This document shows positions 8,943 to 18,298 of a stretch of 64,000 nt of DNA, piece after piece; the stretch's first letter is position 1, and each line of letters starts with the position of its first letter. This DNA comes from Candidatus Altiarchaeota archaeon (GTDB lineage: Archaea > Altiarchaeota > Altiarchaeia > IMC4 > SCGC-AAA252-I15): assembly GCA_043800705.1 (NCBI GenBank), contig JAZDMS010000001.1, forward strand, positions 57,826-121,825. Direction: 5' to 3'. The notes under the pieces were generated by a model. The model did not search any database. It saw nothing but the letters and a program-made list of their open reading frames with translations, and had not been told where the DNA came from. The position numbers and the translations under genes were made by a program.

Positions 8943-11786
8943 ATGTCCCAGGATAAATCGCTTGAGGCCAAATGGCTCGCCAGATGGCGCCGGGAGAGGG
9001 TTTTCGAATCTGACCCCGATTCATCGAAACCGAAATACTACCTCACCGTGCCCTACCCCTATGCGTCCGGGGCTTTGCACGTCGGACACGCCAGAAGCTA
9101 CACCCTTGGCGACGTTACGGCCAGGTACAAGCGGATGAGCGGCTTCAACGTCCTCTTCCCTATGGCATCACACATCACGGGAACGCCCATACTCGCAATA
9201 TCCAGGAAGATCGAGCAGGGCGACGAGAAGGCACTCAAGGGCCACAAGGAATACGTCTCATTCTACGAGCCCGACACCGGCAAAATCGACGGAATAGTCT
9301 CTGGATTCAAGGACCCCGAGAACGTGGCTAAATTCTACGCCAACGCCATCCGCCAGGACTTCGAGGACATGGGCTACGCCATCGACTGGCGGAGATTCTT
9401 CACCACCGGCGACAGGATATACAACGCATTCGTCCGCTGGCAGTACCTCAAGCTCAAGGAGAAGGGATACATCGGCAAAGGCAAGCATGCAGTGTATTTC
9501 TGCACCGGATGCTCTAATCCTGTCACAACCGACGACATAAAATCCGGAGACGAATACGAGATCGGGATGAGCGAATACTACCTCATCAAGATGAAATTCG
9601 AGGACGGCTGGATAGTCGCCGCCACCCTTCGCCCTGAGACCGTCTTCGGGATAGTCAACACATGGATTAACCCGGACGAGACATATGTGAAGGCTACTGT
9701 GGACGGCGAAACCTGGTACGTCGCCGAGAGGTTCGGCAGGAAGTTCGGCGACCAGCAGCACGAAGTCAAGGTCGTGAAATCGATGAAGGGTTCGGAGTTA
9801 GTCGGAAAGAAGCTGACCGTCCCCCTGGTGAACCGCGTAGTCCCCCTCCTAGCCGCCGAATTCGTGGACGCCGACATCGCGACCGGCGTCGTCAACAGCG
9901 TCCCCGCCCACGCACCCTACGACTACATAGCCGGCCTCGAGGCTGAAAAGAGGCTCAACATCAAGCTGACTCCGATACCCCTCATCAGCGTCGACGGCTA
10001 TTCCGCAGTCCCAGCCAAGGACCTTGTCGAAAAGGGGGGAATAACGTCCCAGACCGAAGTCGACATGCTGGACAAGGTGACTGCTGAACTCTACAAGGAC
10101 GAATTCTACCGCGGAACGATGAACGACAACTGCGGAGACTACGCCGGGATGAGGGTCCAGGAGGCCAAGGACCAGGTCATCGACCGCCTCCGGGGCATGG
10201 GGCAGCTTTCGACGATGTACGATATGGCTATCAAGGACCGCGCCGGCGCCCTCGTCAAGAACCCGCAATGCAGGTGTGGAACCAGCCTCACAATAAAGAT
10301 CCTATCGGACCAGTGGTTCCTGAACTACGGCGACCGCGGATGGAAGGAGCTGGCGAAAGAACTCCTTCTCAAGCTGGACATCGAGCCGCAGATGTACCGC
10401 CGCGGCTTCGAACACACCATCGACTGGCTGCACGAATGGCCGTGCACGAGGAACAGGGGCCTCGGGACAAAGCTCCCATTCGACGAGAAATGGATGATCG
10501 AATCCCTCTCGGACAGCACGGTCTACATGGCGTTCTACACGATATCGGGCCGGATAAAGGCGGGCAAGATCGCGGAATCCCAGCTTCAGCCCGAATTCTT
10601 CGACCACGTCTTCCTCGGAGCCGGCGAGCCCGGATCGGTCGCGAAGAAGTGCGGCATCGATGCCGAAACCCTCTCCCAGATGCGAAAAGAATTCCTCTAC
10701 TGGTATCCGATGGACGAGCGCAGGACCGCGACGGCGCACATATCCAACCACCTCACGTTCATGATGTTCCACCACGCCGCGATCTTCGAAAGCCAGCACT
10801 GGCCGAAGAAGATAAGCCTAAACGAGATGCTCATAGCCGAAGGCCGGAAGATGAGCAAGAGCCTCGGCAACGTCATACCCATCCACACGAGCATCGGCAA
10901 ATACGGCGCCGACGTCGTCAGGCTGTATCTCGTGTATGCCGCGGACCCGGAGACGACCCTCGACTGGAGGGAGAGCCAGGCCGAGAACACGAGAAAACGG
11001 CTGAGACAATTCCAGGAGATGGTGGAGAAGGCTGCGGCGATGCCTGATGCGAAACAGGCCGAGAACGACGTTGACAAGTGGCTCAGAAACAGGATGACGG
11101 AACGCGTATGCGCCGCTAGGGCATCCCTGGACGACTCAAACGCCCGCAAGGCGATACAGTCGACCCTATACGACCTCCTGGCGGACATAAACTGGTACGT
11201 CAGACGGCAGGATAAGCCGAACCCCGGCCTCATGCGGGAGCTGGCCGACAAATGGATACGGCTCATGAGCCCGTTCACGCCGTTCACCTGCGAGGAACTG
11301 TGGGAGAAGACCGGCCACAAGAGCCTCGTCACCACTGAGAAATACCCGGCCGCAGACGAAAAGACCATCGACCCGATAGTCGACGCCAAGGAGGAATACA
11401 TCCGGAACATCCTCTCCGACACCCAGAACATATTCCAGGTCCTAAAGAAACCCGCAAAATCCATACACCTCTACGTCTCTTCCCCTTGGAAATACGGGGT
11501 GTACTCCTCCATCAAAGAAGGCAAATCCATGAAAGACCTGATGGCGGACCCCGCCCTGAGGCAGTACGGAAAGGAAATCGCGAAACTGGCGCAGATGAGA
11601 AAGGAGCAGCTGCCTGCAGTGATCCTGGATCGCCCGGCCGAACACAAGACTCTCCAAGACGCCCAGCCATTCCTGTCGAAAGAACTGGGAATACCGGCGA
11701 CGGTATACGACGAGGCCACCTACGACCCAGAACAGAAGAGCAGACACGCAGCCCCGATGAAGCCCGGAATATACGCCGAATGCTAA
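8943..11786 (+). CDS. leuS: Leucyl-tRNA synthetase (archaeal type)
   Basis: [20 protein letters not shown] editing domain, KMSKS, archaeal PMKPGI C-terminus. Confidence 0.97.
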   Translation: MSQDKSLEAKWLARWRRERVFESDPDSSKPKYYLTVPYPYASGALHVGHARSYTLGDVTARYKRMSGFNVLFPMASHITGTPILAISRKIEQGDEKALKGHKEYVSFYEPDTGKIDGIVSGFKDPENVAKFYANAIRQDFEDMGYAIDWRRFFTTGDRIYNAFVRWQYLKLKEKGYIGKGKHAVYFCTGCSNPVTTDDIKSGDEYEIGMSEYYLIKMKFEDGWIVAATLRPETVFGIVNTWINPDETYVKATVDGETWYVAERFGRKFGDQQHEVKVVKSMKGSELVGKKLTVPLVNRVVPLLAAEFVDADIATGVVNSVPAHAPYDYIAGLEAEKRLNIKLTPIPLISVDGYSAVPAKDLVEKGGITSQTEVDMLDKVTAELYKDEFYRGTMNDNCGDYAGMRVQEAKDQVIDRLRGMGQLSTMYDMAIKDRAGALVKNPQCRCGTSLTIKILSDQWFLNYGDRGWKELAKELLLKLDIEPQMYRRGFEHTIDWLHEWPCTRNRGLGTKLPFDEKWMIESLSDSTVYMAFYTISGRIKAGKIAESQLQPEFFDHVFLGAGEPGSVAKKCGIDAETLSQMRKEFLYWYPMDERRTATAHISNHLTFMMFHHAAIFESQHWPKKISLNEMLIAEGRKMSKSLGNVIPIHTSIGKYGADVVRLYLVYAADPETTLDWRESQAENTRKRLRQFQEMVEKAAAMPDAKQAENDVDKWLRNRMTERVCAARASLDDSNARKAIQSTLYDLLADINWYVRRQDKPNPGLMRELADKWIRLMSPFTPFTCEELWEKTGHKSLVTTEKYPAADEKTIDPIVDAKEEYIRNILSDTQNIFQVLKKPAKSIHLYVSSPWKYGVYSSIKEGKSMKDLMADPALRQYGKEIAKLAQMRKEQLPAVILDRPAEHKTLQDAQPFLSKELGIPATVYDEATYDPEQKSRHAAPMKPGIYAEC

Positions 11787-13078
11787 CGGAACGCTCTCCG
11801 CTGGCCCTGGGGGCGCCTGTGCATCATCTTCTTCGACGGATACTTCCCCGGCCTGCCTCCATGCTGCTGCGGCCTCTGCATATTCCTCGGAGGCCTCCTC
11901 GCCGCACGGCCCATGGCATACATCGCCTCATGGCTGTGGTACGGGTGGTCTTCGACGGTCTTAATCGGCTTCTTGACGAACTTTTCAATATCCCTCAGGC
12001 AGTCCCTCTCCGAAGCCTCGCAGAACGAGATCGCGATCCCGGCCGCGCCGGCCCTGGCGGTCCTGCCTATCCTGTGGACATAGCTCTCCGGCTCGTCGGG
12101 CAGCTCGTAGTTGATGACATGCGTGATGTCGTCGACGTCGATTCCCCTCGCCGCAATATCCGTGGCCACGAGCACCGGCGTCTTCCCGCTCTTGAACGCA
12201 TGCAACGCCTGCATCCTCGCGGACTGGCTCTTGTTGCCGTGGATCGCCTGCGCGGGAATGTTCTCCTTCGCAAGATTCAACGCCACCCTGTTCGCAGAAT
12301 GCTTCGTCCTCGTGAACACGAGCGTCCTCACCGTCCCCTGCTGCCTCAGAATCCTCGAAAGCAGCGGCCTCTTGTTATCCTTATCTACGAACATGACCTG
12401 CTGGTCGACGAGGTCGACGGTCGGAGACTCCGGCGTCACGGAAACTTTCACCGGGTCAGTGAGAATATTATGGGACAGCGACACTATCTCCTGCGGCATC
12501 GTAGCGGAGAAGAAAAGCGACTGCCTCTTGTGCGGAAGCCTGGCGATGATCTTCCTGATGTCTTGTATGAACCCCATGTCGAGCATCCGGTCCGCCTCGT
12601 CCAAGACAAATATTTCGACACCATCCAGCCTGATATGCCCCTGGTTCATCAGGTCCAGAAGCCTCCCCGGAGTAGCGATGAGGACGTCGACGCCCCTGTA
12701 CATCGAATGCACCTGCGGATTCTGGCCGACCCCGCCGAAAACCACAGCCTGCGACTGATGCATATAGCGACCGTACGTCCTGAAGCTGTCCCCTATCTGC
12801 GCAGCCAACTCCCTCGTCGGCGTAAGAATCAACACCCTCGTAGTCCTGCTGGCTGCCTGCCTCCTGTTCGCAGCCAGACGCTGCATGATCGGCAAAGCAA
12901 AGGCCGCAGTCTTCCCCGTCCCCGTCTGCGCGACCCCGATGATGTCCCTCCCCCTCAATACATGCGGAATGGACTGTATCTGGATGTCGGTAGGCCTCTC
13001 ATAGCCCTCATCCCTTAAGGCCCGCCTCAGCGGCTCGACCAACAACAGATCCTCAAACGTCGCATCAACCATGGTCAA
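11783..13078 (-). CDS. rhlE: DEAD-box RNA helicase, RhlE-like
   Basis: [31 protein letters not shown]; HPY motif and basic tail. Confidence 0.9.
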   Translation of the reverse strand: MTMVDATFEDLLLVEPLRRALRDEGYERPTDIQIQSIPHVLRGRDIIGVAQTGTGKTAAFALPIMQRLAANRRQAASRTTRVLILTPTRELAAQIGDSFRTYGRYMHQSQAVVFGGVGQNPQVHSMYRGVDVLIATPGRLLDLMNQGHIRLDGVEIFVLDEADRMLDMGFIQDIRKIIARLPHKRQSLFFSATMPQEIVSLSHNILTDPVKVSVTPESPTVDLVDQQVMFVDKDNKRPLLSRILRQQGTVRTLVFTRTKHSANRVALNLAKENIPAQAIHGNKSQSARMQALHAFKSGKTPVLVATDIAARGIDVDDITHVINYELPDEPESYVHRIGRTARAGAAGIAISFCEASERDCLRDIEKFVKKPIKTVEDHPYHSHEAMYAMGRAARRPPRNMQRPQQHGGRPGKYPSKKMMHRRPQGQRRAFR

Positions 13079-13214
13079 GTGTTAATGTTTAATCGAATAA
13101 ATACTGCGACCATACTTGACGGCAACCGACACGGGAACGATCTCACATATCCGCCATCCATATGCCAGCCGGATATTACCCCCGATTTGGACTAATCCGC
13201 CGCCTGATCGTCGG

Positions 13215-13994
13215 CTACCTCAGGTATTTCACGTTCAAGGCCGACCTCCCTCCATTGGAGTAAATCGACGAATTACTCGCCTGACCTCCCCCTCCCCTCC
13301 TTTTGAATACGAAGTAGAGAATCAATGCCGCTGTCACGATCATTGCAAGGAAGAGAAGCCCCAGAACGGCGAACACGACGGCCCAGACGAGGTTCGACGG
13401 CGCGCTCTGGGACGGAACAGCATCCGCTTTGTTCACGGATTGAACCGTAGACGTCGTCGTAATCATGGATGTTGAGGGCGTCGGCAAAGGCTGCATGGGA
13501 CTTGTATCCCCCCTCAGAGTCGTAGACGTCGTCGTCACGACCTCAGCGACAGCATCCGGCGGCATTTGCGACCCATCGGCGAGGCATCTGCCACCCTGGC
13601 ACCGCTGACCGCTACCACATTCGGCCACGACCGTCACATTCGTCTTCGAGACGCACCTGGCCGCCTCAGTCCCGCCGTTCTCGCACGTGCCATACTTCAC
13701 GTCCCGCACAGCAACGCCGTTTTGGCAATATGGCGGCCCGCGCAGCGGCATCATGCAACCCGCATCCGTGAAACACCTCACATTATTGTAGTCTATGGCC
13801 TCGGTCGTAGTCGTCGAAGAAGACGACGCAGTCGACGAATCAGCGCCCAAGACAGAGGCCGACACCACAGCCAAAGCTGCAATCACCCCCAAACATAAGC
13901 GGAACTGGCGGGCATATGACCGCATCAACCTAAAACATGTACTAACAAATAAATAACCCGGCGAAACCCCCCAACAGCCCCCCTGAGCGGCCAA
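13215..13994 (-). CDS. Cys/Thr-rich membrane-anchored surface protein
   Basis: Signal peptide, Cys module, Thr-rich stalk, C-terminal TM followed by KRR; start uncertain. Confidence 0.65.
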   Translation of the reverse strand: MAAQGGCWGVSPGYLFVSTCFRLMRSYARQFRLCLGVIAALAVVSASVLGADSSTASSSSTTTTEAIDYNNVRCFTDAGCMMPLRGPPYCQNGVAVRDVKYGTCENGGTEAARCVSKTNVTVVAECGSGQRCQGGRCLADGSQMPPDAVAEVVTTTSTTLRGDTSPMQPLPTPSTSMITTTSTVQSVNKADAVPSQSAPSNLVWAVVFAVLGLLFLAMIVTAALILYFVFKRRGGGGQASNSSIYSNGGRSALNVKYLR

Positions 13995-13996
13995 CC

Positions 13997-14734
13997 TTAC
14001 CCTTTTTTGTTCAAAACGCTTTTAGATTCCTTTTCCCATCGTGCGCTCCGTATCGTGCTGCTTTCAGCGGCCACTTCGGAGGCGGTCATCCTGATCTGTA
14101 GTTCTAAACGTTTTATCTCCTGTTCCAAACGTTTCATCTCCTGCAGACGATCCCCAATATTCTTCTCGTACGCCTCATATTCCATTTTCCTGTCATCATC
14201 CGCCTTTTTCTGGCGCTCCAACTCCCTGCGGGCGTCTTCCAACCCTTTCTTCAGCTCCGCAAATTCCAGTTTCCTGTCGTCATCCAGCTTTTTCTGGCGC
14301 TCAAGCTCCGCCATACGGGCCACGGCCGACCTTTTTTCCAGCTCCGCAAATTGCTGATTCCTCTGATCATCCGACTTTTTCTGGCGCTCCGCATCCGACT
14401 TGCGCGCTTCTTCCACCCGTTCTTCCAACGCAGCAAATTCCTGTTTCCGCCCATCATCCGACTGTTTCAGACGCTCCAAATAAGCCTTACGGGCATCTTC
14501 CCCCTCCTTGCGAGCCCTCTCAAGCTTTTTTTCCAGATCCATTATGGCGACGTGCCTTTCACGAACAGCATCCAACTCCCGGTACAGGGAAAACTCATCC
14601 GGCCTGATCCACTCATCCGCATACTGGCTTTTGAAGCGGACCAACCCTTTAGCATTCGGCTCTTGCGTAACCTCCTCGTCAGCGTTTTTCCCGCCCGCCA
14701 AAGGCCTCCCCTCAGCAGAATAACCGTCCTTCAT
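13997..14734 (-). CDS. Coiled-coil protein with about four internal repeats
   Basis: Repeated ERQKKxDDxRKxEFAELxK-like units; highly charged heptads. Confidence 0.65.
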   Translation of the reverse strand: MKDGYSAEGRPLAGGKNADEEVTQEPNAKGLVRFKSQYADEWIRPDEFSLYRELDAVRERHVAIMDLEKKLERARKEGEDARKAYLERLKQSDDGRKQEFAALEERVEEARKSDAERQKKSDDQRNQQFAELEKRSAVARMAELERQKKLDDDRKLEFAELKKGLEDARRELERQKKADDDRKMEYEAYEKNIGDRLQEMKRLEQEIKRLELQIRMTASEVAAESSTIRSARWEKESKSVLNKKG

Positions 14735-14906
14735 TGTAAAGTTATTGTCATCTCAGGGTTTAAATTCGGGGGAAAAAGCCGACTAGAAGGTATCGTGGTG
14801 CTGCTGCCTAACACGTACCCCTACTGGGCTTTCGCTGCGGCTTCAGTCCCTCTGTCCGTGACCTGATTTCTCTTAAACCCATACTTCATATCAATATCCG
14901 TATAAT

Positions 14907-15005
14907 GGGCCTGTGGGGTAGCGGATATCCTACGGGGCTTCGGAGAACCAAAAAAACCAGGTTCAAAGACACCCCGGGACGAGGGTTCGAATCCCTCCAG
15001 GCTCG
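14907..15005 (+). tRNA. tRNA-Arg(UCG) with a 27-nt intron (14944-14970) at canonical position 37/38
   Basis: Acceptor GGGCCTG/CAGGCTC; anticodon stem CGGGG/CCCCG with loop CT-TCG-G^A; T arm GAGGG-TTCGAAT-CCCTC; bulge-helix-bulge around the intron stem GAACC/GGTTC. Confidence 0.93.
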
Positions 15006-15091
15006 TCAGTAACTTTTCATTGGCCAGATTGTCGCGAACTGGAGGGATGTAAAAAGTGCGAAGCACTTTTTCGAAGAATCCCTCCGGGCTC
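14991..15091 (+). repeat. Copy 1 of an about 95-100 bp direct repeat (tRNA 3' end plus hairpin trailer)
   Basis: 41-nt core 15015-15055 is identical to 16254-16294; flanks are similar. Confidence 0.9.
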
Positions 15092-15238
15092 GAAGGCCCC
15101 ACGGGTGCGAATCCCCCCATTATATGCCCTTTTGCGCCTGTAGGATAACGCTCTTGGGGTTCAAACTCCCAGTGAGAGATGTGCCCTAAACGCTCCATAA
15201 TTGGAGGGCATTTATACCCCTAACTCATATTAGGTGCT

Positions 15239-15772
15239 GTGGCGATTGAAGCGGACTTATCCAGGGCTGAGATAATCAAACTGGATGAGGCTAACTTCTC
15301 ATGTACTCGAGGTTTTGACTGCGGCGACAAAGACCTGAACGAGTTCCTGCACGAGGATGCACTAGACCACGCCAAGAATATGATTGCGGTCACCTACGCG
15401 TTCATGCACGCGGGCAGGATGCTGGGTTACTTCTCCTTGAGTACGTTTGCGATTGAGCCGAGGAAGAGGGCGCTGCGGATACTTCACCGGCGCGGGAAGA
15501 AGTACAAGCTCTTCCCGGCTGTGCTGATTGGCCGGTTATGCGTCAGTGAAAGCAGACAGGGTGTGGGTGTGGGGTCGAAGATAATATCCGCAATCATAGC
15601 CACGGTCATGAAGTTGTCTGAGGACATCGGATGCAGGTTCGTGGTGGTGGAGTCCTACCCCGATGAGCGTGTCCTGAAGTTCTACCAGAGCAACAACTTT
15701 ATAGACCTCCAAGCGACCAGGGGGGATGGCGAGAACGTCAGGATGTATATCGACTTGCTGGGCGAGTTCTAG
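15239..15772 (+). CDS. GNAT acetyltransferase, AtaT/TacT-like toxin family
   Basis: FDCGDKDLNEFL, GYFSL, PAVLIGRLCV..QGVGVG, GCRFVVV, FYQSNNF. Confidence 0.85.
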   Translation: MAIEADLSRAEIIKLDEANFSCTRGFDCGDKDLNEFLHEDALDHAKNMIAVTYAFMHAGRMLGYFSLSTFAIEPRKRALRILHRRGKKYKLFPAVLIGRLCVSESRQGVGVGSKIISAIIATVMKLSEDIGCRFVVVESYPDERVLKFYQSNNFIDLQATRGDGENVRMYIDLLGEF

Positions 15773-15951
15773 TTCAGCCACTTGATTGTGCTTGCGATAC
15801 GTTTGCAGTCGTTGAGGAACTTCCTGCGCTGAACCATCTCGGGGCTGTCCTTCGGTAAAGAGTCCACCCTAATGAGTTCATTCACAAAACGGATGCTATC
15901 TCTCTCATTCAACTCGGTTGAAAGGTCGATTGGACGTGCCACTGCATTCAC
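15769..15951 (-). CDS. Small protein, putative antitoxin partner of the GNAT toxin
   Basis: 60 aa; ARPI..L...D..RF pattern recalls small GNAT-associated antitoxins; converges on and overlaps the toxin stop. Confidence 0.5.
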   Translation of the reverse strand: MNAVARPIDLSTELNERDSIRFVNELIRVDSLPKDSPEMVQRRKFLNDCKRIASTIKWLN

Positions 15952-16229
15952 CTCATAACTATTGCGCTGCTATTCTACAAAGATAGAGAACTATCCGATT
16001 ATAAGTTAACCTAGGGTACCCCCGCTGCAAGCGCCTTAAAACCTACCCTACTGTCTTCTACGAGCTGTAAACCGTTTCAGGTGCTCGCGAGATAACATGC
16101 CCCTATCCGCTTTGGTGTGTACCTGGCAGACTGTTTAGGGCATTCCCGGGCTGTTCTAATATTTTTATCCACGAGCCTACAATGATTTATCCGAAAAGTC
16201 AGCGAGGAGATGCGAACCTATGGGGGGTT

Positions 16230-16324
16230 ATCCCTCCCGGCTCGTCAAATACATTTCATTGGCCAGATTGTCGCGAACTGGAGGGATGTAAAAAATAAGG
16301 ACTTTTTCGAGAATCCCCCGGCTC
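16230..16324 (+). repeat. Copy 2 of the tRNA 3'/trailer direct repeat (attR-like)
   Basis: ATCCCTCCCGGCTCGTCA plus the 41-nt identical core; the inner hairpin is degenerate. Confidence 0.9.
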
Positions 16325-16421
16325 AAATACCCTACGGTCACGAAATAGTGCTGTCATTTTTACAACGCTTATTATCGTGAACGGGATTATAGCTTCCATA
16401 TCCTCCATAGCTTATACACAA

Positions 16422-17225
16422 ATGAAAAAAGCCCACATTTTCGCCTTCTTGGCCCTCCTACTCATAGCGTATGCTTTGGTTGAGCCGTATCTCCTGAGGG
16501 TTTATGACGTCGTAGTTTCCGATTCGAAGGTGCCGGAGTCCTTCCGCGGAAAGAGGATAGCTTTCTTATCGGATATCCACTGCGGCCGGTTCCTCTCCAC
16601 TGACCGGGTGGGGGGGATTGTGGACCTGACGAACGGTTTGAACCCGGACATGGTGCTCCTTGGAGGGGATTTCATATACGGTGGAGTTGACGACATAGAC
16701 CCCTGCATAAGTGTTTTGGGGGGTTTAAAGGCGCCGATGGGCGTTTTCGCAGTCCTTGGAAACCACGACAACTGGGCCGGAGCCGGGCAGACGAATAAGG
16801 CCCTTGAGGCTGCTGGTATACGGGTCCTAGACAACGAGGCAGTATGGGTCGGCTCAGGCGGCTCCAGGCTCAAAGTCGGCGGCGTCGGCGACATGTGGAC
16901 CGAATCACAGGACCTGAATCCGACACTGGAGAATACGAGCAAGGACGACTTCGTCTTGCTATTGTCCCATAACCCCCAGTATGCGGATCGTATAGGTGCG
17001 GACAGGGTAAGCCTAATGCTCAGCGGCCACACCCACGGGGGGCAGATATTCCCTTTCAGGCTGATTACGCCCTACCTGGCATCGAGGTTCAGCCAGAGGT
17101 ACCCATCCGGGGTCTACGAACTAAACAACACGAAGCTCATAGTAACCAACGGCATAGGTACGGTGTTCATACCGCTCCGGTTCATGACCCGGCCGGAGAT
17201 AGTGCTCATAACACTCGAGAGTTGA
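16422..17225 (+). CDS. YkuE-like metallophosphoesterase with N-terminal anchor
   Basis: SDIH, GGDF, GNHD, SHNP, GHTHGGQ. Confidence 0.92.
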   Translation: MKKAHIFAFLALLLIAYALVEPYLLRVYDVVVSDSKVPESFRGKRIAFLSDIHCGRFLSTDRVGGIVDLTNGLNPDMVLLGGDFIYGGVDDIDPCISVLGGLKAPMGVFAVLGNHDNWAGAGQTNKALEAAGIRVLDNEAVWVGSGGSRLKVGGVGDMWTESQDLNPTLENTSKDDFVLLLSHNPQYADRIGADRVSLMLSGHTHGGQIFPFRLITPYLASRFSQRYPSGVYELNNTKLIVTNGIGTVFIPLRFMTRPEIVLITLES

Positions 17226-17399
17226 GGCCCCGGTTAATCGTTCGGTTTTTTGATGGTGGAGGATTGGAGCCTCTGGGGCATACCTCCCGGCTCTCTTGCA
17301 TTAACTCTCGCATGTATGCCGTTGGCTGTAGACTGTATAAAAATAAAAATATAGAAAAAGTGTTTAGCCTGATATGCCCATGTACTGTTAAGTTAATGC

Positions 17400-17573
17400 T
17401 CAGAAGCGCTTAGGTCTTCTCTTCGCGTAGCATTCTCTGCAGTATACTGGCTTTCCTTCTGTCGGCTTGAAAGGAACCTGGCATGCTGCGCCGCATTCGC
17501 TGCATACGGCATCAGTCATTTCCCTTGGTCCCCTGTCAAAACCTCCTCCTCCTCCTCCGAAATCTCTTGGCAT
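17400..17573 (-). CDS. CxxC-x17-CxxC zinc-ribbon protein
   Basis: CSECG..CQVPFKPTEGKPVYCRECY; SD GGAGGTGA upstream. Confidence 0.9.
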   Translation of the reverse strand: MPRDFGGGGGGFDRGPREMTDAVCSECGAACQVPFKPTEGKPVYCRECYAKRRPKRF

Positions 17574-17851
17574 ATATTCACCTCCTCTACTTTTATTCCC
17601 CCCGCGGGGGATTTGGCTCAAATGAGCCGTGAATGTTTTATAGGTCGCACCCAGCCATTATATGGATCCATACGGTCATATTTGTCGTATCCCGGCTATG
17701 GTTTTTATCGTTATAATGATTCCTCGAATTTGATAATACTACCTTCCTTTTAGGACTAGACTAAAATGCGGCAGCAACATATTATTCGATTTTTTTTAAT
17801 AATCCTAGCACTTCTTAGCTAATAAATGAATGATCGACCTTAAACTTAGGA

Positions 17852-18298
17852 TCATGTCCGATGCAATCTCAGTTTCGCCCCTCTTTTTCGTATTTCCGGG
17901 CAGATAATGTACGCCCCCTCATCGGTCCTGGACCCTCCTAAGTCGTCAAATGGGAATTCCCTGCAAATATCCGGTTTAGTGTCATTAATCTTGCATTTGT
18001 AGGTCCTCTTTTTGGTTTCTTTTATCAGGAAAGGGCAGTTTATCATCTCTTTCTTTGTTCTGGGGCTTATGAACATATTCGCAATAACCCTGTTATCCGA
18101 TCCGTCCCATTCGTCCCCTCTGATAAATTTAATCCCATTATCGGCGACAATTCCGAGTTCGACGTATTGGAGGATATCCTTCCTGCCTCCAAGCATCCAC
18201 CTCCGCAGATCATTATCCGTTGCGGATGCCATTCCACCCCAATACCTGCAACAATCCCCGCATCGACTGCAAACAAACTTTTTTATGTTCTCTTTCAT
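17852..18298 (-). CDS. YkgJ-family (CxxCxxCC) cysteine-cluster protein
   Basis: CSRCGDCC, CPFL, CKI...KPDICREFPF. Confidence 0.85.
   Translation of the reverse strand: MKENIKKFVCSRCGDCCRYWGGMASATDNDLRRWMLGGRKDILQYVELGIVADNGIKFIRGDEWDGSDNRVIANMFISPRTKKEMINCPFLIKETKKRTYKCKINDTKPDICREFPFDDLGGSRTDEGAYIICPEIRKRGAKLRLHRT

Noticed and set aside
11486-13018. 510-aa plus-strand ORF
   Set aside because: Antisense shadow of the DEAD-box helicase in GC-rich DNA
14821-15198. 125-aa minus-strand ORF
   Set aside because: Lies antisense over the tRNA-Arg gene and its trailer
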